A DNA stretch of 64,000 nt, taken from positions 41,060-105,059 of the forward strand of contig CAXGMD010000002.1 of the NCBI GenBank assembly GCA_964010765.1, read 5' to 3'. Source of the stretch: an uncultured bacterium. Lineage in GTDB: Bacteria > SAR324 > NAC60-12. A program made the position numbers and the translations under genes. Numbering within the stretch: the stretch's first letter is position 1; every line of letters starts with the position of its first letter. The notes beneath the pieces are model-generated. The model had not been told where the DNA came from, made no database searches, and saw only the letters and a program-made list of their open reading frames with translations. Shown piece by piece: positions 19,235 through 29,882 of the stretch.

Positions 19235-19906
19235 ATGAAACTACTTTTGCTTGAGGACGACCCCAAAGTCGCTGATTTCATCTCAAAAGGCCTAAGAGAA
19301 GCTGGGTTTGTTGTCGAGCATACTGCGCAGGGTGAGATTGCTCTGAGCTTAGCTCAATCGGAAATGTATGATGTGGCAGTACTAGATGTTATGGTTCCGG
19401 GCTTGAGTGGGCTTTCCGTAGTTCAGACACTGCGAGAGCAGAAAAATCCAATTCCTGTTCTTATTCTCAGTGCCAAGCACACATTGAAAGATCGGGTGAG
19501 TGGAATTGAGTTGGGAGCGGACGATTACTTGACCAAGCCTTTTTCCTTCACAGAATTGCTTGTCCGCGTACAAGCTCTGATCCGACGTAACTCCTTAAAT
19601 GTGGAACCAACTACCCTCCAATATGCAGACTTGGAGATGAATCTGCTAAGCCGGGAAGTGATCCGCTCCAAGCATCTTCTCCAATTACAGCCACGCGAAT
19701 TCAGCTTGCTAGAATACTTTCTCAGGTATCCAGGTCGAGTACTGTCCAAAACATTTATTTTAGAGCATGTCTGGGATTATGATTTTGATCCTCAGACAAA
19801 TGTAGTTGATGTGCTGATTTCACGTTTGCGCAGCAAGGTAGACAGAGACTTTGACACCAAACTGATCCATACACTTCGAGGCGTGGGATATGTACTTAAG
19901 CTTTGA
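19235..19906 (+). CDS. OmpR-family response regulator (CusR/CopR-like)
   Basis: LLEDD, LDVMVP, GADDYLTKPF, VWDYDFDP.TNVVDV, IHTLRGVGY. Confidence 0.92.
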   Translation: MKLLLLEDDPKVADFISKGLREAGFVVEHTAQGEIALSLAQSEMYDVAVLDVMVPGLSGLSVVQTLREQKNPIPVLILSAKHTLKDRVSGIELGADDYLTKPFSFTELLVRVQALIRRNSLNVEPTTLQYADLEMNLLSREVIRSKHLLQLQPREFSLLEYFLRYPGRVLSKTFILEHVWDYDFDPQTNVVDVLISRLRSKVDRDFDTKLIHTLRGVGYVLKL

Positions 19907-21344
19907 ACGCTTGAGGCCCCGGAGTTTTCAGGCGCGGATGACTATCTTTGGTATTCTACTTTTCTTTTTCTCAGCCTTGTTAGTAGTTGGGTTCTCTGGA
20001 TTTTTTCTTCACAGAGAGTTTGAGTCTAGACTTCAGCAAAGCATTCTCGGGCAACTGGAGCGCTATTCGAATCTACATCTACAGTCTAAAGCTTTGCTTT
20101 TGTTGACCCTGCAACAGGAGCACGATCAGAATCGAATGCGTGGCACTTGGCTCCACTGGCAAGAAGATCAAGGAGTCCTATGGGAAACCATCCCGGCAAA
20201 CTGGGAACAAGATCCCACAAGAATGAGGTTCCTTCTGCAAACTCACTTGGTCTCTGGTGATGAATGGAGTCGAATGCCTTCCAGGCATCTTGAGCTGTCG
20301 AGCAAAAGCCCACCTGAGGATTATCATAACCTAGATCTTGAAGAGGAAATTCTGATTACTGCACGTGTTCTTTCAGATGGCTCGGTGTTGGCCATCGGAG
20401 AGTCACATGCCTTCACACAACTTCAGATAAAACTATTCAGACGCAGAGTTTTTAGGATTCTTCTGGCTGTGGGGATTGTCAGTATATTGGTGGGCTGGTT
20501 TTTTACACGAAAAGCTCTGCGACCCATCCAAGATCTGGTGGAAACAACTGAAACGATAGCTGCAGGAAGCTTAGACGCACGTGTCCCAGAGCCCAACACT
20601 TCAGGTGAACTGGCTAAACTTACGCGGCTCTACAATGAGATGTTGGAACGTATTGAACACCTGGTTACGACCATGAACGAGTCACTTGATAATGTAGCTC
20701 ATGATCTGAGAACTCCCCTAATGCGTTTGCGTAACTCGATAGAGATGGCGATCACCAACGAGACCGCATCGGTAGAAGAACTCAGGGATACTTTACTGGA
20801 TGTTGCTGAAGAAGCAGAGCAGATCCAATTACTGTTGACTGCATTGATGAATCAGGCTGAAGCTGTAGCTGGAACCATGCGTCTGCGTAAGGAACTGATA
20901 GACATAAATGTATTGACGCAGGGGGCTTGTGAGCTCTATGAGATGCTCGCTGAAGAAAAGCAAATTAAACTGCGAAAGAATTTTGCAGAAATCCCTGTGT
21001 TTCTTGAAGCAGATCCAGTTAGGTTGCGTCAGGCTCTTGGAAACCTTCTTGACAATGCGATTAAATTTACTCCTGAAGGAGGACACATAACCGTGAGCAT
21101 CCTCTCTGAGTCCAACGTGGTAAATATAGAAATCAAGGACACTGGAGTCGGTATCTCTGAGAGTGAGCAGCTCAGAATCTTTGAGAGGCTCTACCGTGGA
21201 GATCAAAGCAGAGGTTCAAAAGGGATGGGTCTTGGTCTCAGTCTTGTGAAGGGTATAATTCAAGCCCATAGAGCTGATATTCAAGTCATCAGCTCCCCTA
21301 ATCAAGGAAGCACCTTTCGGATTGAATTTTTACGTCCAACATAA
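19890..21344 (+). CDS. Sensor histidine kinase (HAMP-HisKA-HATPase)
   Basis: Two TM segments, HAMP, AHDLRTPL, NLLDNAIKF, DTGVGI, GLGLSLV. Confidence 0.92.
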   Translation: MYLSFERLRPRSFQARMTIFGILLFFFSALLVVGFSGFFLHREFESRLQQSILGQLERYSNLHLQSKALLLLTLQQEHDQNRMRGTWLHWQEDQGVLWETIPANWEQDPTRMRFLLQTHLVSGDEWSRMPSRHLELSSKSPPEDYHNLDLEEEILITARVLSDGSVLAIGESHAFTQLQIKLFRRRVFRILLAVGIVSILVGWFFTRKALRPIQDLVETTETIAAGSLDARVPEPNTSGELAKLTRLYNEMLERIEHLVTTMNESLDNVAHDLRTPLMRLRNSIEMAITNETASVEELRDTLLDVAEEAEQIQLLLTALMNQAEAVAGTMRLRKELIDINVLTQGACELYEMLAEEKQIKLRKNFAEIPVFLEADPVRLRQALGNLLDNAIKFTPEGGHITVSILSESNVVNIEIKDTGVGISESEQLRIFERLYRGDQSRGSKGMGLGLSLVKGIIQAHRADIQVISSPNQGSTFRIEFLRPT

Positions 21345-21579
21345 AAAATTATGAATTTTCAGACAGGTCTTAAATTTAGTATTTATACTACTAGGTAAAT
21401 TCAGTCCTTTCTCTCAAAATTCATAGATCCGAACTTTTCAAGTAATTGGTGAAGAAAAATGGTACCTTCCCAAAAGATGGGGGTTTTATTTCTTGGTACA
21501 TTTGCTGGGTAGGAAGCGCTTTAGGATTTCCAAAGGGTACTGTGGATTTTAATGTGGTGTCGCAAGAGCACTAATCTAG

Positions 21580-21611
21580 CGGGTGTTTGAACAGTCTTTG
21601 ATCGAACACCC
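21580..21611. terminator. Stem-loop between convergent genes, possible terminator
   Basis: GGGTGTTTGA...TCGAACACCC near-perfect arms just downstream of the transhydrogenase stop. Confidence 0.4.
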
Positions 21612-21625
21612 TAGCCCATCTAAAA

Positions 21626-22906
21626 TTACCAGTGCTTCATATTGCCCAAGAACAGATCTTTCAACTCTCCAGGGCCAGCAGGAATAGGAGCTAGCTTTGT
21701 TACCCTGTGCTGAGGCAATGTTCCTTCCACCAAGGCGGGCACATCTTCGGGACCGTAGCCGACCGCATTAAGCCCATTTGGTAAGCCTGCTTTCTTCATC
21801 AAGTCAATCACAGCACTTGCCAAAACCTCTCCAGCATCATCCGGTGTAGCCCCACGAACATCGGTTCCCATCAACTCTGCACAGCGCAGGTGATTTTCTG
21901 GGTCTGCATTTCCTGTCCATCGAAACACAGCCGGGGCATTCAGGATCACAGACATTCCATGAGGTACGGTGGGATGATCGGGTGGGTAATCCGGAGGAAC
22001 ATATTCCTTGACCATACCACTGACTGGATAAGACATTCCGTGAGGCAGGTGTACACCCGCATTCCCGAAACCAATTCCAGCATAGGTTGCACCCAACAGA
22101 ATGGCTCCTCGGGCTTCGTCATCTTCAGGATCATCCAAAACACGCTGTAGATTTTGCGAAATCAATTTTAAGCATTCTGAAGCCCAGATTCGACTGATCG
22201 GGTTAGATCCTTGGTAGGCGGGTCGCATTCCAGGAGAATCTGGTGCGGGTCGTTGGTGATATGGCAAGGCAGTCAATGATTCAAGGGCGTGGCTGACTTG
22301 GTCAAGAGCAGTGCAGGCGGTCACCATTTTTGGAAGGCTCCGGGTGTTATCCGGATCAATGATCCCCATCAGAGGACGAAGCGATCGATGGGCGATTCCA
22401 GTCTTGGCTTCCATCGAAAGGAGATCAAAGATTGTGACCCCAGTTGTTTCGCTACCGGTTCCTGCTGTTGTTGGAATACATATCATGGGCTTGATTGGCC
22501 CTGGTACTGGTAGCCCTTTACCAATGGGAGGATTGACGTAGTCCAGGAAATCTTTTGGTGGGTGAGTCGCATATAGATTTGCTGCTTTCACTGTGTCCAT
22601 ACTGGAGCCTCCGCCCACACCTAAATAGCCATCAAAATTCCCATTCTTGGCAAAATCAATAGCCTCGCGGAAAGAAACATCGGTTGGTTCCACGGAAACC
22701 CCTGAATAGATTTCGTATTCCAGTCCAACGTCCTTAAGCGAAGCTTCAACGACCTCCATTGTAGCAAGCTTGGCTACGCGAGCATCAGTACAGATCATCA
22801 ATCGCTTGACGCCCATACTCCTGAAGTCACTTCCAATCTCTTTGGTGACACCTTTTCCAAACTTGATGCTGGAGGTGTCCATAGTGAATGCAGTTTCCAA
22901 CTTCAT
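21626..22906 (-). CDS. Hydroxyacid-oxoacid transhydrogenase (ADHFE1/HOT-like, Fe-ADH family)
   Basis: GGGSSMD, DYVNPPIGKG, PTTAGTGSETTG, RPAYQGSNPIS, GNAGVHLPHGMSYP. Confidence 0.9.
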   Translation of the reverse strand: MKLETAFTMDTSSIKFGKGVTKEIGSDFRSMGVKRLMICTDARVAKLATMEVVEASLKDVGLEYEIYSGVSVEPTDVSFREAIDFAKNGNFDGYLGVGGGSSMDTVKAANLYATHPPKDFLDYVNPPIGKGLPVPGPIKPMICIPTTAGTGSETTGVTIFDLLSMEAKTGIAHRSLRPLMGIIDPDNTRSLPKMVTACTALDQVSHALESLTALPYHQRPAPDSPGMRPAYQGSNPISRIWASECLKLISQNLQRVLDDPEDDEARGAILLGATYAGIGFGNAGVHLPHGMSYPVSGMVKEYVPPDYPPDHPTVPHGMSVILNAPAVFRWTGNADPENHLRCAELMGTDVRGATPDDAGEVLASAVIDLMKKAGLPNGLNAVGYGPEDVPALVEGTLPQHRVTKLAPIPAGPGELKDLFLGNMKHW

Positions 22907-23336
22907 TCTCAGCTCCCTTATAAAAGTTGATTATTAACATAATATTTCTGCGAATTATCAGGAACCTACAGACAATCAGCAAGCGCTATACTTTATTCGC
23001 CAATTTTGCATCCACAGAAGATTTATCTACTCACCTTGAAACTCTCTGGATTTTTCAGACACTTTTGAAAGTGAGGCTGAATATTAATAGAATTATCAAA
23101 ATACCTCCCCTGATCTTGAATCAGAAATCGAATCCATCCCTTGTCATCAATATGAGGTTACTTCTTAAGCCAGTGAGATCCTCACAGAAACCAAAATTGA
23201 TGATGTTTTAAAAGTATCCCAGGGAAAGAAAAACTTACGGAATCTAATTGAGAAGATTGACCTTCTCTAAAACGGCGAGTATGCAATTGGATCTGGTGAC
23301 CAAGACGACTTTACAAACGTGATTTATCGGAGAAGG

Positions 23337-24104
23337 ATGTATCGAAAAAATTTGTTACGACAAAAACTTCAAGCTGGTGAAGAACTGATCGGAACCTGGC
23401 ATGAAATCCCAGATCCGGTAGTGACGGAGATCCTAAGTCTGAGTGGACTCGATTTCGTGCTTGTCGATAATGAGCACGGGCCGGGTGATGTGTTGACGGT
23501 GGCAAATCAGCTCAGGGCTGCAAATGGCTCAGACACTACGTTGGTCGTTCGTATTCCCTGGAATGATCATGTGATGATCAAAAAACTGTTGGATATTGGA
23601 GTCGAGTCGATCATGGTTCCAATGGTTGAAAACGCTGAGGAAGCAGAAGCAGTAGTATCCGCTGTCCGCTATCCACCAAGAGGAATACGCGGAATTGCTC
23701 ACACGGACGCAAGAGCGAGCGAGTATGGCTTCAAGGCAGATGAGTACTTGGAGACAGCTTCTGACAATACCTTTGTCATTTGCCAAGTGGAAAGTGCGAA
23801 GGCGGCAAATAACATTGATGAAATCGTGGCTGTCGATGGACTGGATATGATTTTCATTGGACCGTTTGATCTCTCAGCCAGTTTGGGAACCCCAGCCAAA
23901 TTTGAGAATCCAGAGCACCAGCGTTTAATGAAAAAAACCGTTGATGCCACGAAGGCTGCGGGAAAATATTTGGGAGTCACTCCCTATGGAACAAACTCCA
24001 TGGCAGATTTGTATTCACAAGGTTTTGATCTGGTCGTGAGTCTCGCTGATGTTGGAATGATTCGGGATGCTGCACGAACACTTGCAGACCAAAAACCTAA
24101 ATAA
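23337..24104 (+). CDS. HpcH/HpaI class II pyruvate aldolase family protein
   Basis: DNEHGP, VVRIP, RYPPRGIRG, QVES, FIGPFDLS; start placed at ATG 23337 with GGAG RBS. Confidence 0.88.
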   Translation: MYRKNLLRQKLQAGEELIGTWHEIPDPVVTEILSLSGLDFVLVDNEHGPGDVLTVANQLRAANGSDTTLVVRIPWNDHVMIKKLLDIGVESIMVPMVENAEEAEAVVSAVRYPPRGIRGIAHTDARASEYGFKADEYLETASDNTFVICQVESAKAANNIDEIVAVDGLDMIFIGPFDLSASLGTPAKFENPEHQRLMKKTVDATKAAGKYLGVTPYGTNSMADLYSQGFDLVVSLADVGMIRDAARTLADQKPK

Positions 24105-24119
24105 TTGCTCGGATAAAGC

Positions 24120-24887
24120 ATGTCAGGACGATTAACTGATGAACACATTCTGATTACAGGAGGTAGTCGCGGGATAGGGGCTGCGATTGTCGAAAAATGC
24201 CTCCTGGAAGGGGCTAACGTATCATTTATAGATCTCGAGGGGGAGGAAGGGGAAAATCTCCTGACAAAATTAAATCAAGATAGCAAGTTACTGTTTGTTA
24301 GGGGGAACGTCTGCTCTGCTGAGGATTTGAAGAGCTGGAGTGATGCTTCCCGAAAAAAGTTTGGTTCAATTACTGGGTTGGTCAACAATGCTGGCCGAAA
24401 CTCCTATGCAGACCCAGTGACCATGACAGAGCAACAGTGGGAAGATGTTTTCGATGTTGATTTGAAAGCGGCCTGGCTTGCTGCTCGGGAAGCTTTACCA
24501 GATATGATTGCAAACAAAAGAGGGTCAATCGTAAATATCGCATCAGTACATGCCAATATGACCTACCCTAGTATGTTTCCCTATGCAGCTGCAAAGTCGG
24601 GATTGGTCGGCCTAACTCGTTCGATGGCATTGGAGGTTGGTCCACATCAGATCAGAGTTAATGCCCTATCACCTGGTTATACTGAGACATTTCTGGTGAA
24701 AGAGTTTTTTGAAAGGAATGATCCTGCACTTCGACAGAAGGTTCTCGACGTTCACCCGATGAATCGGATGGCAAAGCCTGCAGAAATTGCCAATTGCGTT
24801 GCTTTCCTGCTTTCGACTGAGGCATCCTTTGTTACAGGTGCAAACTGGATAGCAGATGGCGGCTTAACCTCTAGATTTGCTGGATGA
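24120..24887 (+). CDS. SDR oxidoreductase (possible sugar dehydrogenase)
   Basis: TGGSRGIG, NNAG, YAAAK, DGG. Confidence 0.9.
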   Translation: MSGRLTDEHILITGGSRGIGAAIVEKCLLEGANVSFIDLEGEEGENLLTKLNQDSKLLFVRGNVCSAEDLKSWSDASRKKFGSITGLVNNAGRNSYADPVTMTEQQWEDVFDVDLKAAWLAAREALPDMIANKRGSIVNIASVHANMTYPSMFPYAAAKSGLVGLTRSMALEVGPHQIRVNALSPGYTETFLVKEFFERNDPALRQKVLDVHPMNRMAKPAEIANCVAFLLSTEASFVTGANWIADGGLTSRFAG

Positions 24888-24891
24888 CTGA

Positions 24892-26073
24892 ATGCGAATT
24901 GAATCTGTTGATTTCTTTTACTTGTCAATGCCTCAGGTAACGACTGAAGCAGATGGAAGCCAGGATGCTTTATTGGTGAGAATTGCTGCTGGTGGTTTGG
25001 TGGGTTATGGAGAATGTGAAGCAGCTCCATTACCTTCCATTGCTGCTTTAGTTTGCCCATTATCCCATGGATCCTGCCAACCAGTTCAGGATTCCGTGCT
25101 TGGGCAAAACATAAACAATCCCTCGGATATTCAGCGAATAAGTCAGCTCGTTGCTTATCAAAGTATGGATTTGCTCCAGGCTGCCCATACTTTCTCAGGG
25201 ATCGAGATGGCGCTATGGGATCTTCTAGGTAAGTCCACAGATGCACCAGTCTGGAAACTGCTCGGTTATCAGGAAAGTTTTGCTAAAACTCCCTATTTTT
25301 CGGTCCTTTTTGGGGATGATCCGGCTATCACTTTTGAACGTGCGAAAGAAGCTCGTCAAAAAGGCTTTCAAGCAGCAAAATTCGGTTGGGGCCCAATTGG
25401 ATTGGGATCGGCTTCAGAAGATCGTGAACATTTTCAAGCAGCCAGAGAAGGCCTTGGTAATGATGGACTTTTGCTCGTTGATACCGGTCAGATCTTTGGG
25501 GAAGATGTTGAGAAAGCTTCCCAAAGAATCGGGGCAATGGAGGAGGCGAATGTTCTGTGGTTTGAAGAACCTTTTCACGCTCATGCCCTAGAAGAGTATG
25601 GGGAACTTGTGAAGCGAAGTGGTAAAATTAAACTCGCCGGTGGGGAAGGTGCACATCATCCTTCGATGGCTAAGCATCTGATTGATTTTGGAAAAGTTGG
25701 TTATGTTCAAATCGACTGTGGTCGCATAGGGGGTATTGGACCAGCCAAACTAGTAGCTGATCATGCTGTGGCCAAGGGTGTCACCTACGTAAACCACACC
25801 TTCACCTCTCACCTTGCCTTAAGTGCTTCCCTTCAGCCTTATGCGGGGTTAAAAGCTCATGAAATTTGTGAGTACCCTGGCCAACCAAAATCTCTTGCAC
25901 TGGACATTACCAAATCTCATTTGGCACTGGATCAAAATGGTCAAATCAAGGCACCTGAAGCTCCGGGTTTAGGGATGGAAATCAATCTTGAAGCCCTGAA
26001 TTCCTATTTGGTGGATGTTTCGATTGAAGTGAATGGTCAAAATTTATATAAAACACCACAATTCGAAATTTAA
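24892..26073 (+). CDS. Mandelate racemase/enolase-superfamily enzyme (possible acid-sugar dehydratase)
   Basis: G..GYGE, SGIEMALWDL.GK, K.G, VD, WFEEP, GGE, P.APGLG. Confidence 0.88.
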   Translation: MRIESVDFFYLSMPQVTTEADGSQDALLVRIAAGGLVGYGECEAAPLPSIAALVCPLSHGSCQPVQDSVLGQNINNPSDIQRISQLVAYQSMDLLQAAHTFSGIEMALWDLLGKSTDAPVWKLLGYQESFAKTPYFSVLFGDDPAITFERAKEARQKGFQAAKFGWGPIGLGSASEDREHFQAAREGLGNDGLLLVDTGQIFGEDVEKASQRIGAMEEANVLWFEEPFHAHALEEYGELVKRSGKIKLAGGEGAHHPSMAKHLIDFGKVGYVQIDCGRIGGIGPAKLVADHAVAKGVTYVNHTFTSHLALSASLQPYAGLKAHEICEYPGQPKSLALDITKSHLALDQNGQIKAPEAPGLGMEINLEALNSYLVDVSIEVNGQNLYKTPQFEI

Positions 26074-26148
26074 TATATCAAGGTGACTGTTTGCTTTTAG
26101 AATAAATATTTTTTTGGTTTGACTCTGAAAAGATCACTCGAAGGTTCA

Positions 26149-27003
26149 ATGGAAAAAGATCAAATAGATCAGTTCTGGAAGGAGGGCTATGTCGTTGTTG
26201 AATCAGTAGTACCAAGGGAATTGATCGAAGAAGCTAACATTGTTCTGAAGCAACTTATAGAAGCTGCCTGCAAAGTTACTTCGAGTAATTCCATCTATGA
26301 TTTGAGCGATCAACATACCGAACACGTTCCTAGTGTGAGACGTATCAAGGACCCTCACCTAGTCCATCCAGTTTATGATCAAATAATGCGCTCAGAAGCT
26401 GTTCTCGATTGTGTCAGGGCCTTGTTAGGGCCTGATTTGCGGATGGAGCATAGTAAGCTGAACATCAAGCAAGCTAAAGGCGGGGAAGCGGTGGAATGGC
26501 ATCAAGATTGGGCTTTTTACCCTCATTCGAATGATGACATTCTTGAAGTGGGAGTACTTCTGGAGGACTGCGACGAGGAAAATGGACCTCTATTGATGAT
26601 TCCCGAATCTCATAGGGGACCGATTGAAAATCATCATCATCCAGAGGGATTTTTCTGCGGGGCAATTGATATCGAAAACGCTACTTTTGATGCAAAGAAA
26701 GCGGTTTCATTGACTGCCAAAGCTGGAGCGATCACGATGCACCACGTTCGGATGGTGCACGGGTCTAGATCAAACCAATCAGAAAGGAACCGTCCAATCC
26801 TTCTCATCGGCTATAGCGCTGCGGATGCTTGGCCTCTGAGAGGAATTAGCACCATTGAAGAGTTTGAAGGTAGGATGATTTGTGGAAAAACTCACCTTCC
26901 TCGCTTGGAAAAAGTACCAGTTCGAATGCCCTACCCCCCAGCCCCTGATCAGGGATCCATTTTTGAAAACCAGCGCTTCGTAGCAGGGAAGTCCTTCCAA
27001 TAA
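26149..27003 (+). CDS. Phytanoyl-CoA dioxygenase (PhyH) family Fe(II)/2-oxoglutarate dioxygenase
   Basis: KLNIK, WHQD (HxD), ENGPL..IP.SH, H.RMVHGS..N.S...R. Confidence 0.88.
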   Translation: MEKDQIDQFWKEGYVVVESVVPRELIEEANIVLKQLIEAACKVTSSNSIYDLSDQHTEHVPSVRRIKDPHLVHPVYDQIMRSEAVLDCVRALLGPDLRMEHSKLNIKQAKGGEAVEWHQDWAFYPHSNDDILEVGVLLEDCDEENGPLLMIPESHRGPIENHHHPEGFFCGAIDIENATFDAKKAVSLTAKAGAITMHHVRMVHGSRSNQSERNRPILLIGYSAADAWPLRGISTIEEFEGRMICGKTHLPRLEKVPVRMPYPPAPDQGSIFENQRFVAGKSFQ

Positions 27004-27103
27004 CTCACTTAAAAATCCAATTAATCTAAGTTTTGGAACTCACTGCTTGTCAAAAGGTTAATTAAGTTGAAACAGAACCTTTGAAAAACCATTAACCCTT
27101 TGT

Positions 27104-28078
27104 CTAACAAGAATCTTGAAAAGTACTCTCAATTAATTTTTGAACGGACAGAGCATCTGCAAAATTAGCCAACCTCTTCTGCCCATCATCGAGTTGGAGT
27201 GCGACTTGATCTAGTTGCCCTGTGTACGCTCGGATGGGTTGACTCATTACAGTGTCAAGCAGCGGTTTCCAGCCGTCTGGGTTTTCAAGATAAAGTTGGT
27301 ACCAGTTGTCAAAAACCAAGCATCCCTCTGATCCCAGAATTCGGTAACGAACGATATCTTGGCGAAAGCCTCCAACCCCAGCGTTAACTGTTATTGGACC
27401 AACTGAGGACTCCCATTTTCCCATGAATATATTTTCTGAATGGCCAGATTCGGGATATTCTAAAATCTGAGGGGCCCCTAGCTTGAGCTCGCCAAAGATT
27501 TCACGACTCAAGTAAGCATAGTGAGATCCGACTTCCCTCAGCATCCCCCCTTGTTCTTGTTTACCCAGCCAGGTTGCATGGGCTTGCCAAGCACGAGGCC
27601 ATTTCGCAAATTTCATAATGAATTCTGCGCCGAGTAATTCTCCGATGGAGCCCGAAGCTAATTTTTCTCTGGCTACTTGCATTGAGGGAGCCCCTGAGAA
27701 AACAAAATTCACTCCTTGAAAAACGTCATGCTTTTCTATAGTTGGGACTAGATCCTCACTTTCCGAGATACTGATACCGAGCGGTTTTTCACACAGAATG
27801 TTCCAGTTGTTAGACAAGCCACTATGAACAGCCTGAGCATGGAATTTTGGTGGGGTAGAAACATAGAGAAGGTCGATTCCCTTCGTCTCCAAGAGAGTTG
27901 AAATATCTTTTGTAAGCTTGAAAGATCCTACAGGACGTTCAAAGTTATGGAGTGAATCTGTTCGAACATCAAATCCAACAACAGGCTCGAATCTTGGGTG
28001 ATCCATCATATGGGTCAACATTCTTTTGCCAACCGCTCCAAGGCCAATGATCGCTGTTCGATAAATTTCTTTTGTCAT
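27104..28078 (-). CDS. Gfo/Idh/MocA family oxidoreductase
   Basis: GLGAVG, STPP..H, CEKPL, GG.L.E.GSH. Confidence 0.85.
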   Translation of the reverse strand: MTKEIYRTAIIGLGAVGKRMLTHMMDHPRFEPVVGFDVRTDSLHNFERPVGSFKLTKDISTLLETKGIDLLYVSTPPKFHAQAVHSGLSNNWNILCEKPLGISISESEDLVPTIEKHDVFQGVNFVFSGAPSMQVAREKLASGSIGELLGAEFIMKFAKWPRAWQAHATWLGKQEQGGMLREVGSHYAYLSREIFGELKLGAPQILEYPESGHSENIFMGKWESSVGPITVNAGVGGFRQDIVRYRILGSEGCLVFDNWYQLYLENPDGWKPLLDTVMSQPIRAYTGQLDQVALQLDDGQKRLANFADALSVQKLIESTFQDSC

Positions 28079-28140
28079 GATTACAATGCCTTCAATCAGT
28101 AAGTCTGAAAATTAAAACCGAAAAAATCAAAAGGTTCCCG

Positions 28141-29142
28141 ATGCAAGTTCCAAAAGTTATGAATCATATTTCCATCCGAGAACCTGGAGATCCAGATGTT
28201 TTGGTTTCTGATACCGGGCAAGTCCCAGAGATTAGGGATCGTGAGGTTTTGATAAAAGTTGCAGCTGCAGGCATCAATCGACCGGATGTAATGCAAAGGC
28301 AGGGAAATTACAATCCACCTCCAGGTGCCTCACAAATTCCTGGACTTGAAGTGGCTGGAGAAGTGGTTGCTGTTGCTTCTGGGGTCACTGAGTATAAAGT
28401 TGGGGATAGAGTATGCGCCTTAGTTTCAGGAGGAGGATATGCAGAATACTGCAATGCGCCAGTTCCTCAGGTTTTGCCGATTCCAGTAGGATTATCAATC
28501 GTTGAAGCTGCAGGAGTTCCTGAAAATTATTTTACCGTTTGGACCAACGTCTTTGAGAGAGGAGGACTTCAGTCGGGAGAAACAATCTTGATCCACGGCG
28601 GTTCCAGCGGTATTGGGACAACCGCTATTCAGTTGGCTCATCTTCATGGAGCAAATGTTATCACCACAGCAGGCAACGCAGAGAAATGCCGAGCCTGCTT
28701 GGATTTAGGGGCCAAACATGCCATCAACTATAGAGAACAAGATTTTGTTGATCAGGTCAGAGAAATCACTTCCGGCAAAGGAGTCGAACTAATTTTAGAC
28801 ATGGTCGGCGGTGATTACATCCAAAAGAATATTTCTTGTCTGGCATTAGAGGGGCGCTTGGTTCAGATCGCATTCCTGAAGCCATCAGTTAATGAAATCA
28901 ACCTTGCCCCAATGATGATCAATCGACTCACTATTACCGGTTCAACACTAAGGCCAAGGACCGTTCAGCAAAAAGGGGCGATTGCTGATGAACTTCGAAA
29001 GAACGTCTGGCCTCTTTTCATGGAGGACAAACTAAAGGTGCTGGTTCACAAGACTTTCCCACTGAGCAAAGCTAACGAGGCCCATCGTCTGATGGAAGAG
29101 AGCACGCACATTGGAAAAATCATCTTAGATCTTTCCATCTAA
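28141..29142 (+). CDS. NAD(P)H-quinone oxidoreductase (PIG3/zeta-crystallin family)
   Basis: AAGINRPD..QR.G, PGLEVAG, HGGSSGIGT, GSTLR.R, HIGKI. Confidence 0.92.
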   Translation: MQVPKVMNHISIREPGDPDVLVSDTGQVPEIRDREVLIKVAAAGINRPDVMQRQGNYNPPPGASQIPGLEVAGEVVAVASGVTEYKVGDRVCALVSGGGYAEYCNAPVPQVLPIPVGLSIVEAAGVPENYFTVWTNVFERGGLQSGETILIHGGSSGIGTTAIQLAHLHGANVITTAGNAEKCRACLDLGAKHAINYREQDFVDQVREITSGKGVELILDMVGGDYIQKNISCLALEGRLVQIAFLKPSVNEINLAPMMINRLTITGSTLRPRTVQQKGAIADELRKNVWPLFMEDKLKVLVHKTFPLSKANEAHRLMEESTHIGKIILDLSI

Positions 29143-29169
29143 TGTTTGCACTTGGCGGATCAGGAAAGT

Positions 29170-29874
29170 TTACAGACCGAGGTAGGCTTTCTTGACCTCT
29201 GGATTGACCATGAGCTCCGGACCTGTCCCGTTGATGGTAACATTTCCGTTCTCCATTACCCAGGCGTAGTCAGAGATTGAGAGAGATTTCTGGACGTTTT
29301 GCTCGACTAGCAGAACTGTGGTGCCTAATTTTTTAACCTCTGCAATCAAATCGAAAATCTGTTGAACGATGATGGGAGCTAAACCCAGAGAAGGCTCGTC
29401 GAGCATCAAGATTTTCGGTCGACTCATCAATCCCCGACTGATCGCAACCATCTGTTGTTCTCCGCCACTTAAGGTGCCTGCGTATTGATCAAGCCTCTCA
29501 CGGACTCGTGGAAATAGCTCTAAAACCATCTCCATGTTTTGATCAGCTTGTTTTGCTGCGGTGGGGTTAAATGCGCCCAAGAGAAGGTTTTCTTCGACTG
29601 TCAGAGATGGAAAAAGGCGGCGTCCCTCGGGCACCATGACGATTCCCATTTCCACTCGCTCGAATGGCTTCAGTTTCTGAATAGGGCTGTTCCTAAAAAG
29701 AATTTCCCCAGTCCAAGTTTTGTTCAAACCAGCGATTGTGCGAATTGTCGTTGTCTTGCCCACCCCATTGGAACCGATAATGGTGGTGATAGAGCCCTCA
29801 TCCAACTTAAGTGAGAGACCCTTGACGATTTCTATATCTTCATAACCTGAGGTGACTTGTCGTAGTTCGAGCAT
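29170..29874 (-). CDS. Branched-chain amino acid-type ABC transporter ATP-binding protein (LivF-like)
   Basis: GSNGVGKTT, VPEGRRLF, LSGGEQQM, DEPSLGL, AYLG. Confidence 0.92.
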   Translation of the reverse strand: MLELRQVTSGYEDIEIVKGLSLKLDEGSITTIIGSNGVGKTTTIRTIAGLNKTWTGEILFRNSPIQKLKPFERVEMGIVMVPEGRRLFPSLTVEENLLLGAFNPTAAKQADQNMEMVLELFPRVRERLDQYAGTLSGGEQQMVAISRGLMSRPKILMLDEPSLGLAPIIVQQIFDLIAEVKKLGTTVLLVEQNVQKSLSISDYAWVMENGNVTINGTGPELMVNPEVKKAYLGL

Positions 29875-29882
29875 TGATACTT

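Noticed and set aside
22931..22957. dif-like string AATTCGCAGAA-ATA-TTATGTTAATA on the minus strand
   Set aside because: Spacer is 3 nt, not 6, and it lies in the AT-rich leader of a metabolic gene; probably chance
22927..23211. 94-aa ORF in the transhydrogenase/aldolase divergent gap
   Set aside because: TTG start, no RBS, atypical composition, occupies the promoter region
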